64,000 nucleotides of DNA from Acidimicrobiales bacterium. GTDB lineage: Bacteria; Actinomycetota; Acidimicrobiia; Acidimicrobiales; Aldehydirespiratoraceae. The notes under the pieces were generated by a model. That model did no database searches. It was not told where the DNA came from and worked only from the letters and a program-made list of their open reading frames with translations. Position numbers and translations under genes: made by a program. The stretch lies in NCBI GenBank assembly GCA_029247365.1, contig JAQWLJ010000002.1:73111-137110 (forward strand). Reading direction: 5' to 3'. This document shows, in pieces, positions 9,680 through 20,156 of this stretch (positions are counted from its first letter, which is position 1; every line of letters begins with the position of its first letter).

Positions 9680-10281
9680 GCCAACCCAATCGCCTCCCCG
9701 GGGCAAAGGTGCACCGGGTCGAAAGCGGGTCGAGCGAAGACCTCGGTCAGCTCGGGACGAAAACGTTCCATCGAGTCGGCCTCGTAGCCGGGGTCAAAGC
9801 TGACCTGGTCCCAGCGAGCGCAGAACATCGCAGCTGCGTCGAAGTGCGGATGAGCACGGAACGTCTCGCGCGCGTCGGGATCGGTCCCATTCATGGGGCC
9901 GGAATGGTGCTGTTGAAAAATCGGGTGGTGGGCGACGACCCACGTGACCTCCTCGCGCACGAATGGACGAATGATCTCGGCAGCCATGCGGCCATGGTTC
10001 ATTGGCGAGAGCGCGTCGCCGATGTCGTGCAGCAAGGCTGCGACGATCCAATCGGCATCGGCACCGTCGCGCCGGGCCCGCGTCGCCGCCTGCAGAGCGT
10101 GCTCGCAGCGATCGATTGGATAACCCGAAGAACGTTCGTGGCGTTGGGCCTCGAGCGCTGCGATGTAGCGGTCAGGCGATTCGGTCATATACGGCTCGAA
10201 CTTGCGGGCGAGGAGGTCGTAGTCAGCCTTCGTGCCTGCGTCCATGCGGGTGAAAGAAACGGTCTCGTTGGACGTGGTCAC
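9676..10281 (-). CDS. HD-domain protein, PhnZ/TmpB-like (possible diiron oxygenase)
   Basis: 201 aa. CEHALQAATRA..GADADWIVAALLHDIGD, NHGRMAAEI, VVAHH and ARWDQ blocks. The GTG start overlaps the upstream stop. Confidence 0.65.
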   Translation of the reverse strand: MTTSNETVSFTRMDAGTKADYDLLARKFEPYMTESPDRYIAALEAQRHERSSGYPIDRCEHALQAATRARRDGADADWIVAALLHDIGDALSPMNHGRMAAEIIRPFVREEVTWVVAHHPIFQQHHSGPMNGTDPDARETFRAHPHFDAAAMFCARWDQVSFDPGYEADSMERFRPELTEVFARPAFDPVHLCPGEAIGLA

Positions 10282-10715
10282 GGCGATACACCTAGGACCC
10301 GGGTCGGCTCAACGAGGACCGCAACGCGGCCCTCAGCGGCCATCACGCGGTCGTATTCGTCCCAGTCATCGTGACTCCCGCCCGCCGCGACAAACACGCG
10401 TCGCAAGAACAGGGCCAGGCCGACGTCACCAGCCGTCGCACCAGAATCGATGACGGTCGCCGGGCCCTCAATACCCGCCCAACGCCAGCCTCGCCGAAAC
10501 GTGACGGAGAGCCGGCCGGTACGCCGCACATAGCCGAGCTTGGCCGAGTCGTCCCGCACGACAAGTCCAATGCACTCCACCCCAGTGACGGGGTGCGCAA
10601 TAGGGCCTGCGTTGACGACTGAGGCATGCGCAGAGCCATCGGGACGCGTTGTAGCGACGACACAGAGTCCGACCTCTTCGGCGGCGAAGCGCCGCACATC
10701 TTCGAATGTGGCCAT
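10278..10715 (-). CDS. Pyridoxamine 5'-phosphate oxidase-family (flavin/F420-type) protein
   Basis: 145 aa. The N-terminal GLCVVATTRPDGSAHASVV strand pattern is typical of the PPOX split barrel. Confidence 0.6.
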   Translation of the reverse strand: MATFEDVRRFAAEEVGLCVVATTRPDGSAHASVVNAGPIAHPVTGVECIGLVVRDDSAKLGYVRRTGRLSVTFRRGWRWAGIEGPATVIDSGATAGDVGLALFLRRVFVAAGGSHDDWDEYDRVMAAEGRVAVLVEPTRVLGVSP

Positions 10716-10757
10716 CTGCGGAGGCTAGGCCAGGAACGCCGAGCGGTCAGCCTCTGA

Positions 10758-11882
<1,125 letters not shown>

Positions 11883-11906
11883 TCAGAAGCCGGAGTGTCC
11901 CAGACG

Positions 11907-12404
11907 TCAGCCCATCTTGGCCGCACAGCTCACTGGCGGGTCATCGATGAAGCGGCCGCCGCAGGTGTTGCCGAAATCCTCATATCGGCTGTTGAACGGC
12001 GAGGTGAGGTACAGGTCATCGCAGGCGGCGCCGTCTCCGTCTCGGCACGACTCAAACATGGCGTCAAGTTCCGGATCGTCCCCATAGTCGTCGACCGCCG
12101 CACCGCTGCCGCCGATTCCGGCATCGTCGACGACGCCCTCCTGCATCTCGGCGAGGTCCATGCCTAGGAAACACGCAGCGGTGATCTCCAGAGCTTCGAT
12201 CGGTGGGTCGTCGTCACCCAGGTTTTCATCGGTCAGGTCAGCCGGATCAATCCCGGCTTCTTCGAGGCCATCGATGGTGCAATCGGCCTGTTCCTCGCTG
12301 AACCCATCGTCGATCAACGAGTCGCGGAATTGCTCCTCGGTGGAGCTACATGCTCCGGACAAAAGGACGCCGATTGCGGCGATCAGAAAAAGGCGGCGCT
12401 TCAC
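11907..12404 (-). CDS. Acidic Cys-rich lipoprotein, function unknown
   Basis: Signal peptide MKRRLFLIAAIGVLLSGAC with a lipobox. The mature part is very acidic and contains several Cys residues. Confidence 0.55.
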   Translation of the reverse strand: MKRRLFLIAAIGVLLSGACSSTEEQFRDSLIDDGFSEEQADCTIDGLEEAGIDPADLTDENLGDDDPPIEALEITAACFLGMDLAEMQEGVVDDAGIGGSGAAVDDYGDDPELDAMFESCRDGDGAACDDLYLTSPFNSRYEDFGNTCGGRFIDDPPVSCAAKMG

Positions 12405-12541
12405 GGTCTGAACCTCGTTCGGTCAGCGGGACGTCGCGCCACCTTACTGACCGATCACAAGGGGCCGAGACCTGAACCCAGAATCAGCTCGTCAGCGGTC
12501 AACCTCCTGCGTCGCTCTCATCAGCGCCATGATCCAGCCAG

Positions 12542-13330
12542 CTAGTCCAGCGAGGCGTAGTACTCCCGAATCCGAGTTTCAAGCTCGGCATCGGAGAGTT
12601 CACCTTCGTCGCGCTTCAGTTCCATGAGCCACGTCATAATCTGGCCCACTTGCCGGCTCGGTTCGATGCCAAGGAGGGTCATGACCCGATCACCGTCGAA
12701 CTGGGGCCGTTCGGCGGCCCGGCGGTCCTCGTCGGCGAGTTCACCGACGCGACGTTCGAGGTCATCGATCGATTCCTGGAGCGCCTGCGCTTTGTTGCGA
12801 TTGCGGGTGGTGCAATCGCTACGAATCAGCGCGTTGAGCTGACCAAGCAGTGGGCCCGCCTCGCGGGCGTAACGCCGGACCGCAGAATCGGACCAGCCAT
12901 CGCCATCGCTGTAACCCTTGAACCGCCCCGACATCCGAACCAGCTCGGACACGGACTCGATCATCGACTCGTCGTAGCCCATCGCCGTCATGCGCTTCTT
13001 CGTTATGCGGGCCCCGACCACCTCGTGATGGCGAAACGTCACCCCGCCGTGCTCGAAGCTGCGGGTATTGGGCTTGGCGATGTCGTGGAAGAGCGCAGCA
13101 AGCCGAACAGCCAGATCAGCCGGCGTCTTTGCGACGACCGCGACTGTGTGGGACAACACGTCCTTGTGACGATGGATCGGGTCCTGCTCCATCCGCAAGG
13201 CGGGAAGCTCGGGGACAAGCTCGTCGATGCGGCCACTGTCGATCTCAGACCACAGCGAGGCCGAGACGTCGTCAGCCATCAGGATCATGTTGAGCTGATG
13301 GGCTGGGGAGGGAGAGGAGGAAGCAGGCAT
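12542..13330 (-). CDS. HD-domain protein resembling only the C-terminal half of actinobacterial CCA-adding enzyme
   Basis: ELPALRMEQDPIHRHKDVLSHT and LAALFHDIAKP blocks. No nucleotidyltransferase head is encoded upstream. Confidence 0.6.
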   Translation of the reverse strand: MPASSSPSPAHQLNMILMADDVSASLWSEIDSGRIDELVPELPALRMEQDPIHRHKDVLSHTVAVVAKTPADLAVRLAALFHDIAKPNTRSFEHGGVTFRHHEVVGARITKKRMTAMGYDESMIESVSELVRMSGRFKGYSDGDGWSDSAVRRYAREAGPLLGQLNALIRSDCTTRNRNKAQALQESIDDLERRVGELADEDRRAAERPQFDGDRVMTLLGIEPSRQVGQIMTWLMELKRDEGELSDAELETRIREYYASLD

Positions 13331-13501
13331 TGCGCATGGAAGTCTACGGCGGGCCTCCCGACCCTCGGCGCCGTTTGAGCCCTATGTGGGCAACGACAGC
13401 GCCGCGGGAGCGTCACAGAGTGACACCCAACAGTGGTCCGAGGTCGCATTCGCCCGGGTGGACCAGGTTCCCCGAGAGCCGCGCGGTCTACGGTCTGGAC
13501 C

Positions 13502-14290
13502 GTGGTGCTCGAACAGTTCAGGCTTGACGGCAAGGTGGCGATCGTGTCCGGCTCCGGCCGCGGGATCGGCGCAGCGTGCGCCGAGGCCTTCGCCGAGGCC
13601 GGTGCCGACGTGGTGATCGGGGCCCGGTCAGCCGACCAACTAGCCGACACCGCAGCTGCGGTCGAGTCTCACGGGGGGCGGGTGGTGGTCGTCAGCGGTG
13701 ACCTCTCGACTCGTGACGGGATGGCAGGTCTCGTCGACGCAGCCACCGACGAACTCGGTGGGATCGACGTGGTCGTCAACAACGTGGGCGGCGCGATGCC
13801 CGCCGGCTTCCTCGACACCTCCGAGCAGGCATTCGACGCAGCGCTGCAGTTCAACGTCACCACGGCGTTCAACCTCACCCAGCTCGCCGTCCCGGCGATG
13901 CTCGCCCGCGGGAGCGGAGCGGTCGTCAACATCACCTCCACCGCCGGACGGTTCGCGATCCGCGGCATGTCCGCCTACGGCACGGCGAAGGCGGCGCTCA
14001 TCCATCTCACCCGGGAGCTCGCGGCGGACCTCGCGCCGAAGATCCGGGTCAATGCTGTGAACCCTGGAGCGACCGCCACGTCGGCGCTTGAGATCGTCAC
14101 CGACTCGCCGGAGCTCACCAACGCCATGGTGGCGGGCACACCCCTCAAACGCCTGGGCGAACCGTGGGAGATCGCCGCCGCCGCGCTCTATCTGGCGTCG
14201 CCCGCGGCGGCGTACATCACCGGTGAGATCCTGTCGGTCTCGGGTGGCATTCAGGGGAGCACTCTCGACCTGGGGCTCCCCGACCTCTAG
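13502..14290 (+). CDS. Short-chain dehydrogenase/reductase
   Basis: GSGRGIG cofactor motif, NNVG, and the YGTAK catalytic motif. The start (GTG 13502 or 13505) was chosen just before the Rossmann fold. Confidence 0.85.
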   Translation: MVLEQFRLDGKVAIVSGSGRGIGAACAEAFAEAGADVVIGARSADQLADTAAAVESHGGRVVVVSGDLSTRDGMAGLVDAATDELGGIDVVVNNVGGAMPAGFLDTSEQAFDAALQFNVTTAFNLTQLAVPAMLARGSGAVVNITSTAGRFAIRGMSAYGTAKAALIHLTRELAADLAPKIRVNAVNPGATATSALEIVTDSPELTNAMVAGTPLKRLGEPWEIAAAALYLASPAAAYITGEILSVSGGIQGSTLDLGLPDL

Positions 14291-14312
14291 CCACCGGTCG
14301 TAGGCTCTCCCG

Positions 14313-15083
14313 ATGGCCGAAACCGCACCCGCCTCTCCCCTCGCCGCCCTCATCCGCTCCGATGACGGAGACGAATTCGTCCCTTCCAAAGCACTCGTGA
14401 TCGTCGCCCATCCCGACGACATCGACTTCGGCACTGCAGGCACCGTGGCGACACTGACCGACCACGGCATCGAGGTCGTCTATGGACTCGTCACCTCGGG
14501 CCAGGCAGGTGAGCCGGCCGGCCTCTCCCCGACCGACCTTGCCCAACTACGCGAGGCCGAGCAGGCCGCCGCCGCAAACATCGTCGGTGTGACCGAGCTG
14601 CACTGGCTCGGGTTTCCCGACGGTGCAGTGGTCGCCGATCTCGAACTACGCAAAGCAGTTTCGCGGCTCATTCGTATCGTTCAACCCGACCTGGTGATCA
14701 CCCAGACACCGGAACGAAACTTCGAGCGAATCTACGCTGCCCATCCCGACCATCTCGCCACTGGCGAGGCCGTCGTCAGCGCCGTCTATCCCGACGCTCG
14801 CAACGCCAAGTCGTTCCCCGAGCTCCTCGAGGAAGGTCATGAGCCCCACGCCGTTCCGCGGGTGTGGCTGATGGCCGGTTCGGCCGCCACCACCAACCTG
14901 CACGTCAACATCTCGGCAAACCTCGACCGCAAGATCAGGGCCCTCATGGCCCACGACAGTCAGAACGGCCCACGAGCCGACGTCCTCCCGGACATGATCC
15001 GCGAATGGGCGACCGCCAACGGTGCGGCGTCCGAGACGGGTTGGGCGGCGGTCGAGAGCTTCCGACGGATCCACACGGAATAG
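14313..15083 (+). CDS. PIG-L/LmbE-family deacetylase
   Basis: VAHPDDIDFG metal motif and a downstream HPDH block. Confidence 0.75.
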   Translation: MAETAPASPLAALIRSDDGDEFVPSKALVIVAHPDDIDFGTAGTVATLTDHGIEVVYGLVTSGQAGEPAGLSPTDLAQLREAEQAAAANIVGVTELHWLGFPDGAVVADLELRKAVSRLIRIVQPDLVITQTPERNFERIYAAHPDHLATGEAVVSAVYPDARNAKSFPELLEEGHEPHAVPRVWLMAGSAATTNLHVNISANLDRKIRALMAHDSQNGPRADVLPDMIREWATANGAASETGWAAVESFRRIHTE

Positions 15084-15108
15084 CCGCCTGGCTGCGCTTG
15101 CGTCCGAC

Positions 15109-15735
15109 TTAGTCGGCGGGAAAATACCGGGAGGCAATACCGTCGAGAACGGCCTCAAGGCCCTCCTCGAAGCGTTCATCGCGGCCGATCTCAACGAGCA
15201 GCGCCATCCGGAAGGCAGCGACTCGCTCGAAGCCTTCAACTGCCGGCTCGGGGGCGTCGCCCGAAGCGGCGTCGAACTGCTGGACCAGAGTGCCGACCAC
15301 CCAGTTCGCAACCACGGAGAACGCCAGTGCGGCGACCCGGAGATCCTCGGTGACGTCGTCGAAGATGGCGACGACGCGATCGAGAAACTCCAAGCGCGCC
15401 GGCGCCTCGGGCGAGCGGTTCAATAAGACCGGCAATGCCCTCGGATGAGCGGATGCGACCTCGACGTAGCTTGCCGCGATCCGTCGGGCCTTGGTGCGCC
15501 AGTCGCCCGCCGGGTCGCCGTACGCCACGAGCACCTGGGTGTAGAGCGCGTTGCCGACCGAGTCGAGGAGGTCGTCTTTGTTGGCGACGTGATTGTAGAG
15601 CGACATCGCTTCGACACCCAGTTCGGCACCGAGCTTTCGCATGCTCAGGGCGGCAAGGCCGTGGTCGTCAATGAACTGCAGCGCCGTGTCGGCGATGCGT
15701 TCACGAGAGAGCGGTAGGCGCTCGACGACAGTCAT
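15109..15735 (-). CDS. TetR-family transcriptional regulator
   Basis: Start set at ATG 15735 (MTVVERLPLSRERI). The HTH block is LSMRKLGAELGVEAMSLYNHVANKDDL. Confidence 0.8.
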   Translation of the reverse strand: MTVVERLPLSRERIADTALQFIDDHGLAALSMRKLGAELGVEAMSLYNHVANKDDLLDSVGNALYTQVLVAYGDPAGDWRTKARRIAASYVEVASAHPRALPVLLNRSPEAPARLEFLDRVVAIFDDVTEDLRVAALAFSVVANWVVGTLVQQFDAASGDAPEPAVEGFERVAAFRMALLVEIGRDERFEEGLEAVLDGIASRYFPAD

Positions 15736-15968
15736 GCGGGCGAGTGTAGGCCCCCAAGCAGGCCCTGAGAGCCTACGTGCTATCTCCAGTTCGTGAACTG
15801 GTGGAGTCCCTTGGCGACGGCGTACACGTCGACTTCGGTGTCGCAGGGGATGCCGAACTCGAGGAGTGCCATCCCGAAAGGATCGATCATCGACCCCACA
15901 TCCTGCGAGTGATGCCCGATTCATTCCCCGCATGCGCCGCAGCACCAACAACCCACGACCAGTCGACT

Positions 15969-17015
15969 TCAACATCCCGATCGGTGTGCCTCGGGTTCCC
16001 ACTCAAGAACGTGGAATCCACCGAACCCAGCGGCGTCGAGCAGGGCCTCAGCTTCTCGGAGACGACTCCGGCCCTTCAGCGCAGCAAGGTCGCCAACTGC
16101 GGAGCCGGCGTGCCACGCAGCCCGACCCTGATCAACGAGCTGGTCGATCCCGTGAGCTCGCAGAAAGTCGGCCTGCAGACGCACGCTCGTGGGGTGGAGT
16201 GCCAGGAGTTCGTCCAGCGGGAGGTCGACGGTGATGTCAACCAGGCCTGGATCAGCGAGCCAGTCGTCGATTCGATCGTGGTCTCGGTAGGCGCGTAGCC
16301 AGCCACCGTCACGAGTGACGAGTTCCTCCGCGGTGGCCATGTAGTCGAGCACAACGAGTCGTGCACTTGGGTGGCGCGCCCGCTGTGCAACCACCCAAGC
16401 AGCGGCGTTGTCGACACGCGGCAGCCTCGCACCATTTGCAATGGGCGGTGGAGCGACTGGGGGACCATCGACCAGGACAAACCGTCCGTCATCGATATCG
16501 ATGGCGAGCGCAACGCCTCGATCGCCGCGGCGGGCGACGATGTCGAACGGGAGGTTGTCGAGTAGCTCATTGGCGAAGACAACGTCCACGAGACCCTCCA
16601 CCTCGCTGGCGTCGGCGAAGGAGCTGAGAAAAGCACCTCCCGGGTGAGCTTCGCGCTGCGAAGCTGACGGTTCGATCATCACCCACCGAAGCGCTCCAGC
16701 GGCGAAACAGCCACCCTCCGCGGCCATGACGGTGCGCGCCAGCGTGCCCGGCCCAGCGCCGTGCTCAACAACAGTGAACCTCGCGGGTCGACCGGCTGAT
16801 TCCCACCACGAGTCGACGGCACCGCTGATGACGGCACCGAAAAGGGGCCCAACTTCGGGTGCCGTCAGAAAATCGCCGTGCCGTCCTGCCCGGCCGCCAA
16901 CCACATAGAAGCCTTCATGCTCGTCGTAGAGCGCAGCCTCAACGAACGTCGAGACGGGGATCGGGCCCTGATCGCGGATCTGGGCACGGAGGCGGTCGGC
17001 CAGCGGGGCCGCCAC
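15969..17015 (-). CDS. MidA/NDUFAF7-family SAM-dependent methyltransferase
   Basis: GFYVVGGRAGRHGDFLTAPEVGPLFG block. GTG 17015 lies 4 nt downstream of the nuoN stop (17020-17022); the tracked 17114 start would overlap nuoN. Confidence 0.7.
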   Translation of the reverse strand: MAAPLADRLRAQIRDQGPIPVSTFVEAALYDEHEGFYVVGGRAGRHGDFLTAPEVGPLFGAVISGAVDSWWESAGRPARFTVVEHGAGPGTLARTVMAAEGGCFAAGALRWVMIEPSASQREAHPGGAFLSSFADASEVEGLVDVVFANELLDNLPFDIVARRGDRGVALAIDIDDGRFVLVDGPPVAPPPIANGARLPRVDNAAAWVVAQRARHPSARLVVLDYMATAEELVTRDGGWLRAYRDHDRIDDWLADPGLVDITVDLPLDELLALHPTSVRLQADFLRAHGIDQLVDQGRAAWHAGSAVGDLAALKGRSRLREAEALLDAAGFGGFHVLEWEPEAHRSGC

Positions 17016-17019
17016 CGGA

Positions 17020-18528
17020 TCAGCCGCCGATACCAGCGAGGAGGCTGACGTCGAACTCGCTGATGAGCGACGGATACACACCGAAGGCGATCGTGACGCC
17101 GGCGGTGATGCCAAGGGCAGCCATCAGCGACGGGGTGACGCGCACCGGGGTGACGTCGCCGTCGGGAGCTTCTTCAGCCCACATTCCGAGGCCGATCCGG
17201 GCGTAGTAGTACAGCGCGATGACCGAGTTGACGGCGACGAACACTCCGAGCACCACACCCGAAGCAGTGTTGGCATCGATGACGGCTTCCATCACCCGGA
17301 ACTTGGCCCACCAGCCACCGAGCGGCGGAATGCCTGCAAGAGAGAACAAGAAGATCGTCATCGCAACCGTGAGCCCTGGCGCGTAGTGGAAGAGCCCGCC
17401 GAAGCTGTTGATCTCGGCCGAGCGGGTCTTGCGGGCGACGGCCATGACGACGGCGAAGGCCCCGAGGTTCATCGCTGCGTAAACGACGAGATAGGTCACC
17501 GTCGCCTCGAGCGCAACATCGCCGACAGTGCCCGCAACTGCGAGCGGCGCCAGCATGTAACCCGCCTGCGCGACGCCGGAGTAGGCGAGCATGCGGACGA
17601 TGTTGGTCTGTCGCAAAGCGATCAGGTTGCCGACCGTCATCGATGCCGCAGCGAGGATCCAGAGCACTGGCTCGTAGACATCGTCGCGGCCGAAGAAGCC
17701 GAGGAACAAGAGGTTCATCAGCGCCACAAAGCCGGCCGCCTTGGAGGCGACAGAAAGGAACGCGGTGACCGGGGTGGGGGCACCCTCGTAGGTGTCGGGT
17801 GCCCAGGTGTGGAACGGGAACGCCGACACCTTGAAGGCAAAGCCGATGATCACGAAGATGATGCCGAGTACGACCACGGCCGATGGGTTGCCGGCGGCAC
17901 TGATGGCCTCGTTGATGTTGACGAGCAGCGTTGAGCCAGCACCGCCGTAGAGCAGCGACATTCCGTAGAGCATGATCGCCGAGGCGAACACCCCCATCAG
18001 GTAGTACTTCAGACCCGCCTCGTTGCTCTTGAGGTCGCGCTTGCGCCAGGTTGCGAGCATGTACGCCGGAATCGACAGCAGCTCGAGCGCCACGAAGATC
18101 GTGATGAGGTCACGGGCTGAGGCCATGAGGACCATACCGAGCACCGAACTCAACAGGAGGCTGTAGTACTCGTTCTCCCAGTAGTCGCCCTCGGCGATGT
18201 AGTTCGTCGAGAGCAACACCACGACGTAGGCCGACAGCACGAACAGCGCCTTCATGACCAAGGCGTAGTTGTCGACGACAAACGCTCCGTTGAACATCGA
18301 ACGATCGGCACCGTCGACAGCCAGCGTGATGATCGGCACCATGGTGGCCAGCAGGCCAAGCGACGCCAGCAGCGGCGCCAGCCGACGCCCGCGCTCAAGC
18401 CAGATGATGTCCACCAACGTGAGCAATGCGCCGGCACCGAGCAGCGTGAGCTCGGGCGCGGCGGCGTGCCAGTCGATGGGGGGCCGGACGAAGTCCCCGG
18501 CGGACTGAGCGAGCTGGGCGAGCATCAT
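17020..18528 (-). CDS. nuoN: NADH-quinone oxidoreductase subunit N (EFG-less set)
   Basis: 502-aa polytopic antiporter-like subunit. Its start overlaps the nuoM stop by 1 nt. Confidence 0.9.
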   Translation of the reverse strand: MMLAQLAQSAGDFVRPPIDWHAAAPELTLLGAGALLTLVDIIWLERGRRLAPLLASLGLLATMVPIITLAVDGADRSMFNGAFVVDNYALVMKALFVLSAYVVVLLSTNYIAEGDYWENEYYSLLLSSVLGMVLMASARDLITIFVALELLSIPAYMLATWRKRDLKSNEAGLKYYLMGVFASAIMLYGMSLLYGGAGSTLLVNINEAISAAGNPSAVVVLGIIFVIIGFAFKVSAFPFHTWAPDTYEGAPTPVTAFLSVASKAAGFVALMNLLFLGFFGRDDVYEPVLWILAAASMTVGNLIALRQTNIVRMLAYSGVAQAGYMLAPLAVAGTVGDVALEATVTYLVVYAAMNLGAFAVVMAVARKTRSAEINSFGGLFHYAPGLTVAMTIFLFSLAGIPPLGGWWAKFRVMEAVIDANTASGVVLGVFVAVNSVIALYYYARIGLGMWAEEAPDGDVTPVRVTPSLMAALGITAGVTIAFGVYPSLISEFDVSLLAGIGG

Positions 18529-20126
18529 CAGCCTCCGGACGCCGCCTTGGCTGCATCGGCGACACCCTCACAGCCGTCAGGCAGCTGCAGGCAGTTGTTG
18601 AGCGACTCGACGACGGCCGGGTCGGTGACCTCGAAGATCAGACCGGGGGCGACACCGAAGAGCACGATCAGGAAGAGCAGCGGCGACCACGCAATCCACT
18701 CGAACGTGTTGACGTCGGTGATCTCGGGATCGTCTTTGAACTCATCGGGTGGCTCACCCATCGCAGTGCGCTGCAGCAACCACAGCAGGTAGCCGGCGGC
18801 AAGGACGGTGCCGATGGCGGCGACGACCATGTAGCCGCGGAAGGTTTCCTCGGCGAGACCGTTGGCCGGGTTGTAGGCCGACAGAATCGCCGGGAACTCA
18901 CCCCAGAAGCCGGCGAGGCCAGGCAGGCCGAGCGACGCCATCGCGGTGAAGCCCAGGATCCACCCGAGGTGCGGCGCCTGCACCAGCATGCCGCCAAGGC
19001 GGCCGATCTCGAGGGTGTGATAGCGCTCTTTCACCGAACCGGCGACGAAGAAGAGCATGCCGGTAATCAGGCCGTGAGCGACCATGCCAAAGATGGCGGC
19101 GTTGATACCGAAGTCGGTGAGGGTGGCGATGCCGAGCATTACGAAGCCCATGTGAGCCACCGACGAGAACGCGATCAGGCGCTTCATGTCGGTCTGGGCC
19201 AGACAGCCGAGAGCGCCGTAAATGATGCCGATGACGGCGAGCAGACCAATGTACGGAGCCCACGCCTCGGCCGCCTCGGGCAGCATCGGGATGGCGATGC
19301 GGATGAAGCCGTATGTCCCGAGCTTCAGAAGCACGGCCGCCAGAATGACCGAACCCTGGGTGGGTGCCTGGGTGTGGGCGTCCGGCAGCCAGGTGTGGAA
19401 CGGGAACATCGGGACCTTCACACCGAAGCCAAGGAACATGCCACCGAAGATCAGCAGCTGGCTGCTTCGGGTGATGCCGAGGCCCGCATTGTTCGTGAGG
19501 TCGACCATGTTGAAGGTGTGTTCACCGAGCGAGTCGGCCGACAAGAAGAACAGCGCGAGGAATCCCAGCAGCATGAGTGCCGACCCAAACAGCGTGTAAA
19601 GGAAGAACTTCAGCGACGCATAGCGGCGATCCTCGCCACCCCACACCGCGATCATGAAGAACATCGGGAGCAAGACGACCTCGAAGAAGACGAAGAACAA
19701 GATGAGGTCCTGCGCCACGAAGGTGCCGAGCATGCCCGTCTCAAGGATGAGCATCAGCATGAGGAATGCTTTGGCGTTACCCGGTGACGGGATGTGGTCC
19801 CACGAGTAGATGAAGACCAGCGGCATCACGAGCACGGAGAGCGCGATGAGCGGCAGGGACATGCCGTCGACGCCGATCGTATAGCCCGCGCCAATGACCT
19901 CGATCCATTCCTTGTCGAGCCAGTACTGGATCTGGCCGGCATTGTCGTAGTCGAAATCGAGCAACAACCAGACGCCGAGGCCAAGGGTGACCAGCGACGT
20001 GAGGAGGGCGAGCTGCTTGTGCAGCCCCTCTTCTTCGGAGGGGAAAAGCGCCATGATGAGCGCACCTGCCAGCGGGGCGAAGACCAGAGCGGTCAGCAGC
20101 CAGTCGTTTCCTGCGATGGGATCCAT
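18528..20126 (-). CDS. nuoM: NADH-quinone oxidoreductase subunit M (EFG-less set)
   Basis: 532-aa antiporter-like subunit with FPFHTWLPDAH and KLGTYG blocks. Confidence 0.9.
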   Translation of the reverse strand: MDPIAGNDWLLTALVFAPLAGALIMALFPSEEEGLHKQLALLTSLVTLGLGVWLLLDFDYDNAGQIQYWLDKEWIEVIGAGYTIGVDGMSLPLIALSVLVMPLVFIYSWDHIPSPGNAKAFLMLMLILETGMLGTFVAQDLILFFVFFEVVLLPMFFMIAVWGGEDRRYASLKFFLYTLFGSALMLLGFLALFFLSADSLGEHTFNMVDLTNNAGLGITRSSQLLIFGGMFLGFGVKVPMFPFHTWLPDAHTQAPTQGSVILAAVLLKLGTYGFIRIAIPMLPEAAEAWAPYIGLLAVIGIIYGALGCLAQTDMKRLIAFSSVAHMGFVMLGIATLTDFGINAAIFGMVAHGLITGMLFFVAGSVKERYHTLEIGRLGGMLVQAPHLGWILGFTAMASLGLPGLAGFWGEFPAILSAYNPANGLAEETFRGYMVVAAIGTVLAAGYLLWLLQRTAMGEPPDEFKDDPEITDVNTFEWIAWSPLLFLIVLFGVAPGLIFEVTDPAVVESLNNCLQLPDGCEGVADAAKAASGG

Positions 20127-20156
20127 GAGTCAGTGCTTCCTAAATGGATGTGAGTG

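Noticed and set aside
15780-15890. The E-x3-Y (EVDVY) in the small ORF resembles the PqqA precursor motif.
   Set aside because: No pqqB/C/D/E-like or radical-SAM genes are present anywhere in the window. The resemblance is a 5-residue pattern only.
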